In this document: one piece after another, positions 11,397 through 24,627 of the stretch
How positions within the stretch are numbered: position 1 is the stretch's first letter
Layout of the letters: each line of letters opens with the position of its first letter
Source of the DNA: Mobula hypostoma
Taxonomy: Eukaryota
Direction: 5' to 3'
Assembly: GCF_963921235.1 (NCBI RefSeq)
Contig: NC_086097.1
Location: 159,528,001-159,592,000, forward strand
Length of the DNA stretch: 64,000 nucleotides
The notes under the pieces: generated by a model
Database searches by the model: none
The model's input: the letters and a program-made list of their open reading frames with translations, nothing else
Told to the model about the DNA's origin: nothing
Position numbers and translations under genes: made by a program

Positions 11397-14368
11397 TTAA
11401 TACCTTATACATTATTGTTGCCAAACAATTGACACTAGAACGTACAATCATCACAACGATATTTGATTCTGCGCTTCCTACTCCCTGGATTACAAATAAT
11501 AAATATTAAAAATAGTAAAAATAGTAAAAATTAGCAAATATTAAACATTTAAATTATGAATCATAAATAGAAAATAGAAAAATGGAAAGTAAGGTAGTGC
11601 AAAAAAACCGAGAGGCAGGTCTGGATATTTGGAGGGTATGGCCCAGATCTGGGTCAGGATCCGCTCAGCAGTCTTATCACAGTTGGAAAGAAGCTGTTCC
11701 CAAATCTGGCCGTATGAGTCTTCAAGCTCCTGAGCCTTCTCCCGGAGGGAAGAGGGACGAAAAGTGTGTTGGCTGGGTGGGTCGTGTCCTTGATTATCCT
11801 GGCAGCACTGCTCCGACAGCGTGTGGTGTAAAGTGAGTCCAAGGACGGAAGATTGGTTTGTGTGATGTGCTGCGCCTTGTTCACGATCTTCTGCAGCTTC
11901 TTTTGGTCTTGGACAGGACAACTTCCATACCAGGTTGTGATGCACCCTATGGTGCATCTATAAAAATTAGTGAGGGTTTTAGGGGACAGGCCAAATTTCT
12001 TTAGTTTTCTCAGGAAGTGAAGGCGCAGGTGGGCCCTCTTGGCAGTGAACTCTGCTTGGTTGGACCAAATCAGGTCATTTGTGATATTGACCCCGAGGAA
12101 CTTAAAGCTTTTGACCTGTTCCACTTGCGCACCACCGATGTAAATTGCGTCGTGTGGTCCATTACTCCTTCTGAAGTCAACAACCAATCCCTTTGTCTTG
12201 CTGAAGGTGAGGGATAGGTTATTGTCTTCGCACCATGCCACCAGGTTCTTAATTTCCTCTCTGTACTCATCATTACCTGAGATACGGCCTACAATTGTTG
12301 TGTCATCAGCAAACTTATATATTGAGTTTGATGGAAACTTGGCTACACAATCATGGGTGTACAGTGAGTACAGCAGGGGTCTGAGTACACAGCCTTGTGG
12401 GGCACCGGTGCTCAGAGAGATTGTAGAGGAGAGCTTGTCCCCTATTTTTACAGCCTGGGTCCTGTCTGTGAGGAAGGTGAAGATCCAGCTGCAGATCTGA
12501 GTGTAAAGTTCCAGGTTCCAGAGCTTAGGAATCAGTTTATTTGGAATGATGGTATTAAAGGCAGAGCTGTAGTCAATGAAAAGGAGCCTTACATATGCAT
12601 CTTTATTCTCCAGGTGTTCTGAGGAGGAATGTAGGGCCAGAGAGATGGCATCTGCCATTGACGTGTTGCTCCGGTAGGCGAATTGCAAAGCGTCGAGGTT
12701 GACCGGTAGGCTGTGGTTGATGTGTGCCATAACCAATCTCTCGAAGCACTTCATAGCAATTGATATCAGAGGCACAGGTCAATAGTCATTCAGGCATACC
12801 ACCTTGCTCTTCTTCAGCACTGAGATTATTGTTGCCTTCTTAAAACACGAGGGGATCTTAGACTGAAGCAAAGAGCAGTTGAAAATGTCAGCAAACACTC
12901 CAGCTAGCTCGCTTGCACAGGTCCGAAGAACCCGTCCTGGGACACCATCCGGGCCTGTCACCTTCCTTGGATTTATCTTCAGGAAGGCCCTTCTAATGTC
13001 CTCCTTGGTGGCGATGATCTCGATGCTACCAGCTCCGGTTCATCCAGAGGGAGCAGGACGCTCCTCTTCTGTTCGAATCTTGCGTAGAATATGTTATGTT
13101 CATCAGGAAGAGAAGCGCCACAGTTATTGATATTCCCAGCCTTTTCTTTGTGCCCAGTGATCTCATTTAGACCCTGCCATAGTCTACTGGCATCCCTCTG
13201 GTTAGCCTGGCCTTCCAACTTAGCTCGATATTGCCTCTTGGCGCCCTTAATGGCTTTCCGGAGTTCACGCCTGGGTTCCGTGTAGCGACTGGTATTCCTG
13301 GACCTAAAAGACGCAGCTCTAGCCTTTAAAAGGGACTTGACCTCATAATCCATCCAAGGTTTCCGATTAGAGAATGCCCAGTTTGTCTTGCGAGACACAC
13401 AGTCCTCTGTGCATTTCCAAATAAAGTCCGTCACAGCTGAGGCATACTCATCGAGGTTAGCTGCCGAGTCATTGAATACTAACCAATCCACCAATTCAAA
13501 GGAGTCACGGAGGACCTCATCCGCTTCCTCTGTCCAACGCGACCGTACTTTTGTCACCGTGACCTCCCGCTTCAGTTTCTATTTGTAAGCCAGGAGCAGG
13601 AGTACGGCCTGATGATCCAATTTTCCGAAGTGAGGTCGTGGGACGGAACGGTAGGCATCCTTGACTGCTGTGTAGCAGTGGTCAAGTATATTCGGGCCTC
13701 TAGTGGGGCAGGAGACATGTTGGTATAACTTTGGCAGCACCTTTCTGAGGTTGGCCTGGTTAAAGTCCCCGGCTGTAATGAGCAAAGCCTCCAGATACCT
13801 GGTCTCAAGTTCACTGATGTTGGCATACAGTATGTTCAGAGCACACTCCACGTCCGCCTGGGGGGGAATGTAGACCGCTGTCAGTATGACCGAGGTGAAT
13901 TCCCGTAGCAGATAGTAGGGACGACACTTCACCGACAGGTGTTCCAGGTCCGGGCTGCAGGAGCTTGTCAGTGCCACTGTGTCCGAGCACCACGCAGTGT
14001 TGATCAGTAAGCAGACACCACCTCCCTTTGTCTTTCCCAAAGACGCCTTGCGGTCCATCGGATGGATTGAAAATCCCTCCGGTCAGATGGCACAGTCGGG
14101 GGTGGCAGGGGAGAGCCAGGTCTCAGTGAAACATAATACACAGCAGTTCTTCATCTCCCTGCAGTTGGTGAGTCTCCCTTTAAGATCATCCACCTTGTTC
14201 TCTATGGCTTGCACATTAGCTAGTAGGATAGTGGGCATAGGGACCCCGAAGCCTTTCAGCTTTAATCTGACCAGCAGCCCAGCTCTTTTCCCACGCTTCC
14301 TCTGTAAATAGTGCATCTTTCCAGGTTTACATCGATGCAGTGTGTTGTTGTCAGCTCTTTGCAGTTGG
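11397..14368 (-). mobile_element. Rex1/Babar LINE, near full length, APE-RT ORF broken by a few stops and frameshifts
   Basis: APE motifs CVLCFTETWL, GGGVCLLIN, AVYIPP, AGDFN; RT motifs [29 protein letters not shown]; 3' end nearly identical to 63811-64000. Confidence 0.9.
11654..12775 (-). pseudogene. Rex1 reverse transcriptase, 373-aa open segment of a disrupted ORF
   Basis: Non-LTR RT motifs including FADD; C-terminal [10 protein letters not shown]…FGNSFFP; upstream frame disrupted. Confidence 0.85.
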
Positions 14369-15109
14369 TGGACTATTGTAAGCAGGTTTGGGCCCCTCAT
14401 CTTACAAAGGATGTGCTGAAACTGGAGAGGGTTCAAAAGAAACTCATGAAAATGAATCCAGGATTAAATGGCTTGTCAAATGAAGAACATTTGATGGCTC
14501 TGGGCCTGTATTCACTAGAATTCAGAAGAATGCGGGGTGACCTAATGGAAATCTATCAAATGTTGAAAGGCCTTGATAGTGTGGATGTGGAGAGTATGTT
14601 TCCTATGGTGGGGGATTCTTAAACCGGTGGACACAGCCTCAGAATAGAGGGGCATCCTTTTAGAACAGAGATGAGGAGGGATTTCTTTAGTTGGAGAGTG
14701 GTGAATCTGTGGATTTCCTTGCCACAGGAAGTTGTGAAGGCCAAGGCTGTCTGTATATTTAAGTTAGAGATTGAGCGATTCTCAATTGGTCAGGGCATGA
14801 AGGTGGGAGACTGAGTCTGAGAAGAAAATTGGATCAGCCATGATGAAATGGTGGAGCAGACATGATGGGCTAAATGGCCTAATTCTGCTCCTGTATCTTA
14901 TGGTCTTATTGTCTAATGCCTTCTGCCTGGTTGCATCATGGCCCGGGATGAACTCTGTAGTGTACAGAAATGCAAGATGCTACAGAATACAGATCTCAGA
15001 TAGTTCCATCACAGATATGGATTGTCCACAGATGCCAGAGTGTGATAGTAGATGAAGCATATTCTACCTGGAAGTTAGTGACAAGTGGATTTTGCAAGAA
15101 TCTTGTCTG

Positions 15110-16330
15110 CTCTTTGTGATTATACAAATGGCTATGATGATGAAGTGGAAAGGTGAGGTAGTAAGTTTATAGATCACACAAAAGTTGGCAATGTTGTTGA
15201 TAGTGTAGAAGGTTGTCATAGGTTACAATGGGATACTGCCAGGATGCAGAGCAGGCTGAGAAATGGCAGATGGAGCTCAATCCAGAGAAGTGTGAAGTGT
15301 TGCACTTTGGAAGGTTAAATTTGAATGCCAAATACACAGTTAATGTCAGGATTCGTAGCAGTGTGGAGGAACAGAGGATCCCACAAAGTTGTCGTGCACA
15401 TTGATAGAATGGTTAAAAAGGCGTAAGGAACATTGTCCTTCATTAGTCAGGAGACTAAGTTCAAGAGTTGCAAGAGTCCAAAACTCTGGTTAGTCCTTTG
15501 TATATAGGCATCTGTTAGTCTCATGAAACGATGGATTTGCGCCTTGGAAGGTTTCCATGGTGCAGGCCTGGGCAAGGTTGTATGGAAGACCAGCAGTTGC
15601 CCATGCTGCAAGTCTCCCCTCTCCACGCCACTGATGTTGTCCCAGGGAAGGGCATTAGGACCCATATAGCTTGGCACCGGTGTTGTCGCAGAGCAATGTG
15701 TAGTAAAGTGCCTTGCTCAAGGACACGCATGCTGCCTCAGCCAACGTTCAAACTAGCAACCTTTGAATCACTAGACGAATGCCTTAACCACTTGGCCACG
15801 CACCAACACTTGGAGTATTGTGTTCAGCTCTAGTTGTCTTCTTATAGGAAGGATATGGAAGCTTTAGAGAGCGTGCAGGGGATATTTACAATGATGCTGG
15901 CTGGATTAAAGAGCATGTCTTGTGAGGAAAGGTTGAACAAGCTAGGACTTTTGTCTTTGGAATGAAGGAAGGTGAGAGGTAAATTGATAGAGGTGTATAA
16001 GATGAGACATAAATTGAGTGGATAGCCAGAGAATTTTTCCCAACTTGGAAATGGCTAATATGAGGAGGCATTATTTTAAGGTGAGTTGTGAAAAGTATGG
16101 GAAGGGATGTTAGAGGGAGGGTTTTTTTATGAAACACAGAGATTGGTGGGTGCATAGAATATACTGCCAGGGGTGTGGTAGAGGCAGATACATTAGGGAT
16201 ATTTAAGAGACTCTTAGACAAGAACATGGAGGAAAGAGAAATGGAGGGCTCTGTGGGTGGGAAACATTAGCATGATAGCGGAATGGTTATTATACAGCCA
16301 TGGACTAAAGAGTCTGCACTGTTCTATGTT
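15110..16330 (+). mobile_element. CR1-group LINE 3' part, split by SINE 15497-15803
   Basis: RT end and C-terminal remnants; aaaactctggttag … cacttggagtattgtgttcag continuity across the SINE. Confidence 0.75.
15497..15803 (-). mobile_element. tRNA-derived SINE with a putative RTE-like tail
   Basis: Minus strand begins ggtgcgtggccaagtggttaaggc (A-box), then B-box-like gtttgaac, then gtgtccttgagcaaggcac central domain. Confidence 0.75.
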
Positions 16331-16339
16331 CATTTCTCC

Positions 16340-16748
16340 ACACCACCGAAGTCATCTACAAGAGGTGATATCCATCATGAAGTAAACCCACCATCGAGGC
16401 CTTGCCCTCTTCTCACTGCTGCCATCAGACAGGAGGATACAAGAACTAGAGGACTTGCATCTCAAAGTTCAACAACAGCCACTTCCCCACTGTCATCAGG
16501 TTCTTAAAACAACCTGAAAAATTCTGGTTTGGACTACGGTGTATCATTCCGTCTCTCTCTTAACTTGCACTGATATTGTTATGTTTACTTGACATGCAAG
16601 GTATGTATAATATATGTTAATATAACATTATGTTAACTTAAGATTATTATGGTTATAATGTACTGTTCTACTGCTGCTTCAAAAAAATTCATTTGCATGG
16701 AATTTATACTCCGTGTACGTATGTCTATGAGAACAAACTTGAACCTGA
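16340..16748 (+). mobile_element. Rex1-type LINE 3' end
   Basis: caccca…ctcttctcactgctgccatcag…ttcaacaacagc; tail aaacttgaacctgaa. Confidence 0.55.
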
Positions 16749-17049
16749 AATCTGCTAGTGTGGCACCAAAGTTCCAGAAGTGCTGAATTATCGTAGTTTT
16801 ACAGTATATATAGGAAAGGTTTATGTTGTAGCTCAGACGGACATATGCACCTAAACCTAGATTGACATCCAGCTGTCACAAATGCTAAACAAATACAAAT
16901 AATATTTCTCCAGTCTGTTGTTTTTGTAATATTGAGCAGGTCATCACACAAAACAAAGATTACTAATGGTAAAAGGTTATTCTTGATAAATCTGAGAAAA
17001 ATCATCTTAAATTATATGTCTGACTGCCAGGATAGTAAGGAACAGTGGC

Positions 17050-17241
17050 GGCTACCTCAGTAAATATATTTAAGACAAGGTTGGATAGATTTTTGCATAG
17101 TAAGACAACTAAGGGTTATGGGGAAATTATGGGTTATGTGGACATGAATCCATGGCCAGATCAGCCATGATCTTATTGGAATGGCCGAGTAGGCTGGATG
17201 AGCCAGATGGCCTACTCCTGCTCCTGTTTCTTATGTTCTTA
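17050..17241 (+). mobile_element. CR1 3' end
   Basis: tatatttaagacaaggttggataga … ggcctactcctgctcctgtttcttatgttctta. Confidence 0.7.
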
Positions 17242-17652
17242 AACCAGGGGGCATCTATCATTTTTTTTCTGTAGATCTAGTAGGTACTTAATTCTATGGC
17301 TTTGTTTTCTACACCACAGGACAAATTAAAAAAAAATGTTTTTGCAGGGGAAGTAAAATACTGGAGGAGAGTATGAAGGATTAAATAAAAGTGTTTTGGA
17401 GCCTGAAATGTTTTTCTTCAACATTCTATATAAAGACCAATAATAATATAACCCCAGGTTGTACAACAAAGCCTAAATTACTCACAAGATAACACCATAC
17501 CTTCATGGAAAGTGACAATTGCGCGGGGTTGTACTTCCTTACTCTTACAATGACATTAAAATTTAACTAACAAGCTTATTTTTAATCTGTTGCTTGATAG
17601 TAATTATTTTTTCACACCCTTATGATTGCAGCTGGTGTCAGGCAAAACTTAC

Positions 17653-17773
17653 CTTGCTTTTGCAGCTGCTGTAACACAGCAGGACACAAAAGATGTCCCT
17701 GGGCTTTCCAGCCAGCAGTGACTGTGAACTGAATTGAGAATAGGATGACTGCAACTTGTGTCAGAAACGTGCA
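17653..17773 (-). CDS. Candidate internal exon of an unidentified host gene
   Basis: Long polypyrimidine acceptor (ttttttttaag|) and AAG|gtaagt donor; two open frames (CTFLTQVAVILFSIQF… or HVSDTSCSHP…); no homolog recognised. Confidence 0.4.
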
Positions 17774-18724
17774 CTTAAAAAAAAGAATTAAACAGAAAAA
17801 AAAGTGCTTGAGAGGCTGTCTGTTAGATGCCACCAGCAGCAAGTGGATAATGGTATCATTTAGAGTATGGCCTCTTTAGGAAAGAATGGAAGAGCAGAAG
17901 ATCTTTCTATTTTTGAACTGTATTGCCCCATTAATGTCAATAGGAAATACCACAGAAAGTTTAAAAATTCGCACATCACTTCAAAATTTGAAACAGTAGC
18001 TTTATTTCCCTGGGAAATGTCAGATAAAGCTGCAGGTTTTGAAAGGGTGGATTCCTCTTTATTATTTCAGCTTTTTCTCTTTCCACATTTTTTGTCTCTT
18101 TGCTCCAAAATGATAGTCAAATTTGAAAGCATCCAGGACAGAGGAGGCCACTTGATAGGCAACCCATCAAAATATTTATTCCTCCCTCCACTTGCGAAAT
18201 GATTTGCCAGCTGCAAAATGCACTGATGTATCTCCCAAACCTAGCTGGAAGGACAATGGCAGTAGATGAAAGGGAAGAAGGGCAACATGGTTTCTTTGTA
18301 AGTTGCACTGTACCTTGATTTGAAAATTATTTTTTGCTCATTCAGTATTAATGCATCAAAAGCCAGAAACTTCTGAAATGAGTTTTGAATTTTGCCTATT
18401 CTGCCATTTAAGACTTCTTCATGCAATTACATATCTTAATTAAATTTTTATCTAACATTATTCTGCTTACTTCAACATCTTGTCCAGCTTACTTTGTAAT
18501 TTCTGAGTTACATTTCCAAATTCCCACTGTGACTGTCTCTTCAGAAAATAGGCATAATACTTCCTCTCCGTTCCTACCCCTTTAGTGTCTAGAATGAGTA
18601 TGAATGTTACACAAAATCTCCTTTTTTCCCTATCAATGCATTTTTATATCTATAAATTTTAGCATCTAAAAGTATATAAATTTATAAGTTATAAAATCCA
18701 TAAGTTTGCTGACAGCACAACTAT

Positions 18725-19500
18725 TTCAGATGGTGATGAGAAAGTTTACAGTTGGTTAAGTGGAGTCGCAGTAACAACCTTGCACTCAATGTCAGTAAGA
18801 CCAAAGAATTAATTGTAGACTTCTGGAAGGCGATGGCGAAAGAACACATACCAGTCCACATTGAGGGATCAGAAGTGAAAAGGATGCGCAGTTTCAAGTT
18901 CCTGGGTGTCAACATCTCTGAGGATCTATATTGATGGACTTTCAAAGAAGACGTGGAAGTGGCTATACTTCATTAAGAGTTTGAGGAGAATTGGTATGTC
19001 ACCGAAGACATTCAGAAATTTCTATCGATGTATTGTAAAATGCATTCTACCTGGCATGGAGGGGCCACTGCACATGATCAGAAAAAACTGTAGAAAGTTG
19101 TGAACTCTTTCAGCTTCATCATGGGCACAAGCCTTCCCAGCATCCGGGATACAATCAAAAGGCAATGTGTTGAAAAGTTGGCATCCGTTATTAAGGGCCA
19201 CCATCACCCAAAACAAAACTTCTTCTCATTGATACCATCAAGGAGGAGGTGCAGGAGCCAGATAATTCAGGAACAGCTTCTTCTCCTCCGCCATCAGATT
19301 TCTGAATGGCCGATGAATCCATGAACACTACCTCACTGTAGTTTCCCCTCTCTTTTTGCGCTACATATTCGATCTAATTTTTTTTGCATATATACTTACT
19401 GTGATTTATAGTCTTTATTATTATGCATTGCAATGTACGCTACAGCAAAACAACAAATTTCATAACCTATGCCAGTGATATTAAATCTGATTCTGATTCT
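18725..19500 (+). mobile_element. Rex1/Babar LINE 3' fragment
   Basis: NNLALNVSKTKELIVDF…[13 protein letters not shown]; (TCTGAT)n tail. Confidence 0.8.
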
Positions 19501-19727
19501 ATCATTTAGTTTTGAGATTAATTTATTTTAAATCCTTTAATACTGCCTAGGGTTATCAAATTCTTTGTGTTAGAGTGAATATTTCTAAGTGCAGCTTGAT
19601 GAAAATATTTTGTTCCTTGCTTCTCTTGGTAAATGGCTGGAGGAATTCACTAAACTGAATATTCTATATTATCTATTATTCTCAGGCTCAGGCCGTTTGT
19701 ATTCTTTTTAAACTTCTATGCACCAGT

Positions 19728-20048
19728 AGCTGATTGGCAGGAGGCAAGGAGTGGGAATAAAGGGAGACCTTTCCGGCTGTCTGCTAATGACTACTAGTGT
19801 TCCACAGGGGGTCTGTGTGGGGACTGATTCTTTTTACGTTATAAGTCAGTGATTTAGATGATGGAATTGATGGCTTTGTTGCAAAGTTTTCAGATGATAT
19901 GAAGATAGGTGGAGGCGCTGATAGTTTTGAGGAAGTAGAGTGATTACAGAAGGACTTAGATTAGGAGAATGGGCAAAGAAATGGCTGATGGAAACAGTGT
20001 CGGGAAGTGTATAGTCACGCACTTTGGGAGAAGAAATAAAAGGGTTGA
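19728..20048 (+). mobile_element. CR1 RT fragment
   Basis: gtgttccacaggg…gcaaagttttcagatgatatgaagataggtgg. Confidence 0.7.
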
Positions 20049-20260
20049 CTGGTCGACTGGGGAAGCTACCGTCTGGAGGAGGAGTCCTGGGTACCTCGTA
20101 GTTACATCCTGGATTCATCACGCATCAGTGAGTTCTACCAGACCCATCTGCGTCATCCTGGGCCATCCGTGGGGTGGTGAGGTGGGCACCTTGTCAGGTC
20201 TGCATGTGCAGACACCTCCCACCGTCCACGCAGCTAATAGAATTTGTCACAACTATGGAT
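20049..20260 (+). mobile_element. Chromovirus-type Gypsy 3' fragment (integrase chromodomain, purine-rich tract, LTR start)
   Basis: LVDWGSYRLEEESWVPRSYILDSSRISEFYQTHLRHPGPS*, then a G-rich tract and TGTCAGG. Confidence 0.6.
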
Positions 20261-21182
20261 TTGGCAAAGCAGCAGATATGGCAATTGCGCTCGTGAATAT
20301 GCACATCAGATAATTATTATTTCATTGTGATAGTATTTAACTCCATTCATTCTGTCGTAGAATTGGGCGAGACTTGGACACAGCACAGCAATATCTAAAG
20401 TTTCCCTTGTTGCCTACTGTGTTTAGTTTCTGTTCTCTCTTGTTTTCTTTGGTTCCTCCTCGTTACATGTATCCTTTTCTGGTTGACTAAATGAAGATCT
20501 ACTGAATATACAGGGAGAGATCCTAATGGCATAACTGTGCACCTATGCTTGAACTGAAGTGAACAGAGAACTGGGACACTTTAGAAAGGCAACTTCAGAC
20601 CTAAATTGTGGGTGTTCGGGTAGTGCTTAATGAGACATTACCATCTTTTGCTCTATCTACATCCCAGAATCTGATATCAGCCCTACAGGCTGACATGACT
20701 GTGGCATCACACTGGCAAGGAGCTCCATATGACTTTCAAGCTTGAATGATTCACCAACCTAAAGGGTTCGGTCAATAGGCACTTGAGTAGTTCTCACTGT
20801 TCATCAAATCTACTCATTATAATCCACCTTCTTTGCAACAGCTCTTACTATACATCACTGCCAAGACTATGGCTGGAAACCTAGATAGTAGTAGTATTGT
20901 TGTACCAGTTCACAAAAAAAACTCCCCTTAAATGTTAATATGACTTTTAGGTAAGTAACATTCTTTGCACAATTACATCTCTTTAAGTAACCACAGCAAC
21001 ATCATAATCTAACATCCATCACAATCCAGGTCCTATTACGGTTTATTTTCAGTAACAGTGTAGTTTCAATTGTGATCCAACTCCAGTTACAATCCAGCTC
21101 GATTCCTTCCACAGATCCAGAAACAAGACATACTGCAGCTACCAGCCTGCAATACGTAATTAATAATGGCCAAGCCTAAATT

Positions 21183-21440
21183 GTGCAAGTTCCATGAGTG
21201 AGTAATTGGATATATGTATATTTTAGCCAATTGGCTGTTGTGGTTGTATTATAATGTGCTCATCCCATTATGATCTGGTATACGTGGACTGAGTACGAGG
21301 TCTTGTTGTGAAACATCTCAAAGTGTAATTTCTATAACATATGCACTTGTATGGCTGGGCACTCTGAAAAAGCTCGTACACTAGAGATAAGAGAATAAAC
21401 CTGTATTCTGGTTTTCATTTATTGGAATTTCTAGATAACA
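21183..21440 (+). mobile_element. Possible old solo LTR
   Basis: TG…ACA ends, ccaat and tataa motifs, AATAAA near the 3' end; no TSD seen. Confidence 0.3.
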
Positions 21441-23598
21441 TGGATATTTTGCATTGCACATAATCATTATTTTTGTGGAACACACGCTGTCCCTGAGGAA
21501 CTGAAATAATTCAAATGTAAGCTGCCATTTTCTGAAACTTGAAAAAAGAGCTGACCTTCATTATCTTTCCATGCGACAATATGAATATTTTTATCCCTCT
21601 TCATTTGCTATGCATTATTTCAATTTGACAACACAAAAAGGTCTCTGCACCTGAAGTAGGTATATGTCCAATAATGCAAATTTTGTAAATGAGTCAGTTG
21701 ATGACTAACAGGAACGAGATTCTGTAAAGTGCATCCCAGTGAGTTAGTTCATCAAATCCAGCAAACAGAAGCATTGTCAGTAGAAGAGTTTGGTTTGATA
21801 TTTACCTAAGATTAATCAGAAATGGCACATAACTGGTTTACTTAGATACAATCTAAGTCCAACTTGTAACTAGAAAAGTTGCACCTATTAGCAATCACAC
21901 AAGGCAGTTTATTAAGTAATCGGGAATCAATAATTAATGAAATAGTGCATTGGGTGGAATGTTATTGGGACAAGTGGTGTAAACTGTAATAACTTATGGA
22001 TCATGCTAACTTCATTGGGCTCTTTGAGAACCTACTATGGATGGGGACGCCAATGCTCACCTAAACACAATAATTAGGGGAAGGAAGGCAGTATCAATGT
22101 ACTTATGCATAGTATACGCTGCAATCGCACAAATTCCACTCTTCATGTGGAAGTCTTGATACAGTGTCATAGGCTGTTCATTCACAAGAGAGAGTTGTAG
22201 CTCATTGGACCCTCCCATGTTATCTTTCCCTATGTATCAGAAACAGATCTTCCAAAGGAGTTAACAGGAATGAGTGTACTAAATAATATTCTTGACAAAA
22301 GAGCATCATAATTAATTATATTGTGGCCTGCATCAACCATTATTCCATATATGAAGAAAAACACAAAGGAGCTGGAGGAACTCAAAGGATCAGGCGGTAT
22401 CTATGGAGGGGAATGAACCGTCAATTCTTTGATTGAAACCATTTATCAGGACTTCATTATTCTATTAATGAAATATTTTACACCATTTTCAGCCCAGAAA
22501 TCAAAATCTGAAAATTACTCACCATTTCCACTAAAGCCAAATAAAGACTGAGTTAAGCTGCAACGATGAATGACTTGGATTTGTAATTGACTTTGTAATT
22601 GACTTTGTGTTGTATTATCAGTTTAACTAAGCTGAATAAATCTAGCCATAGGACGATAAGACAGAGAAGAAGAATTGAACCATCTTACCCATCAAGTGTG
22701 CTCCAACATTCCATCAAGGCTGATTTATTATCCCTCTCAACCCATTCCCCTATCTTTTCCACACAACCTTTGATGTCCTGACTAATCTAAACACTATAGA
22801 TCTCCGCCTTAAATATATTCAATGACTTGGCCTCCACAGCCCTGTTGCAATGAATTCCACAGATTCACTACTCTCTGGCTAAAGAAATTCCTCTTCATTT
22901 CTATTCTAAACTGATGTCCTATTGTGAGAGATGTCCCTCTGGTCCTAGAGTCCTCCACTATGTATAGGAAACATCCTCTCCACGTCAATTCCATTGAAGC
23001 CTTCCAGTATTCAATAGATTTCAATGAGATTCCTAAACTCATTTTCATTTTCCTAAACTCCAGCGAGTACAATCCCAGAGCCATCAAATACTCCTCATGT
23101 GTTACTCTTTCATTCCCAGAATCATTTTGTGAACCTCCTCTGGATCTTCTCCAACACCAACACATCTTTTCTTAGATAAGGGGCTCAAATTGCTTACAAT
23201 ACTCTAAGTGCAGACTGACTCATGCCTTATAAATCCTCAGCATTACATCCTTGCTTTTATATTCTAGTTCTTTTCTGCTATGACTGCTAACATTGCATTT
23301 GATTTCCTTATCAATGACTCAACCTGCAAGTTAGCCTTTGGGGAATCCTGCATGAGGACTCCAGGTCCTTTGTACCTAGAAACATAGAAACATAGAAAAA
23401 CCTACAGCACAATACAAGCCCTTCGGCCCACAAAGCTGTGCTGAACATGTACTTACTTCAAAAATTAGCTAGGGTTAGCCATAGCCCTCTATTTTTCAAA
23501 ACTCCATGTGTCTGTCCAGGAGTCTCTTAAAAGACCTTATCGTATCCTCCTGCATCACCGTCACCGGCAGCCCTTTCCATGCACTCACAACTCTCTGC

Positions 23599-24455
23599 TG
23601 TTACGTACCCCGTAACTGGGTTGCCAAACCAGCAGAAATGGATCACTCAGTTGGAGTCTGGAGTACTAGGACTAAGAAAGTTTTATTAAAGAAACAAGCA
23701 ACACATTAATCGAAAGGATAATAAATGCAACAGTTCAGCGATGATAAACGCACATGTGCACAGAATTAAGATAACCGCATCAATCAAGCTCTATCGTTGT
23801 CTAGGGGTAAATGACCAATTTCAAAATGACTCAAAGTTCAGTCCAGTTTGTAGTTCAGTTCGCAGTAATCGTTGTCATGGCGATGGACAAGGTGGGGAAG
23901 AGAGAGATAGAATAGGAACAACTGATCATTCAGCACAGCTTCACTCACAGACCAGCGGGATGGCTCACAAACAGCTTTTGGGCGGGTCCTTGGTGATGTC
24001 ACCTGAGGTCACCGACTGTGACCCCTCCTCCAGATGCGGTCGATCCTCTGCAGTGAACCCGGCACCCAGGCAAGGGCGGACACACACCGGGTTCCCGCTG
24101 ATTGTACCTTTCCACCCTGTGCGTTGTCCGATACTTCTCACCACTCGTGAGAGGCGCACCGCTTCCAGGGTCTCGTTACCTCGGGTGGCGTGTGTGTCTG
24201 TCTTAGCGAACCTGTCCCTTTTTATCCCCCTGCTGGGGTATCGCCTGTCCATCACTTCAAACAGTTCAGGGTTCAAAGGGGGGAGCCGCTCCAGACAGCT
24301 CTTCCTCCCACATCCCTTCATTACACATCTCCAGACGCTGCTCCATTGTTCCTTATCTCTCCTTCCCCTGAGGGCAGGTGGCAGACCAACTGCTGATGCC
24401 ACTGATGCTAGCCCAGGCCAGCAAACATCTTAATTTTATGTGTATTCTCGTAACA
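23599..24455 (-). repeat. 3' LTR
   Basis: TGTTACG…CGTAACA; direct repeat of 27799-28656. Confidence 0.95.
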
Positions 24456-24467
24456 CTTCCCCCCTTT
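24456..24467 (-). promoter_or_regulatory. Polypurine tract
   Basis: AAAGGGGGGAAG on the minus strand abutting the 3' LTR. Confidence 0.85.
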
Positions 24468-24627
24468 AAGGATTTTTACCGGGAGGTAAAAATTACAAAC
24501 ATGACTACATTATCTGATACATACACAATATACATCTTTAACAGTTATTTAGCTAATACAGAGAATTTGAAATTGTCAACACCTTGACAGACAGTCATCA
24601 CATTTTCTGTTCCTTTTACACGTGTTA

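Larger units (their letters stand above)
10148..14910 (+). mobile_element. CR1 LINE split by the Rex1 insertion (arms ~10148-11393 and ~14372-14910)
   Basis: RT remnants; C-terminus LKLERVQKKLMKMNPGLNGLS…LEFRRMRGDL; 3' end tctgctcctgtatcttatggtctta. Confidence 0.85.

Noticed and set aside
15735..15803. tRNA gene
   Set aside because: It is the head of a SINE; degenerate B-box and no convincing acceptor stem
20300..21170. Possible LTR-element internal remnant
   Set aside because: No translatable motif could be identified by eye
23741..24433. 230-aa plus-strand ORF and other ORFs inside the LTRs
   Set aside because: Lies within the LTR; the 1-bp indel in the other LTR breaks it; no recognisable domain
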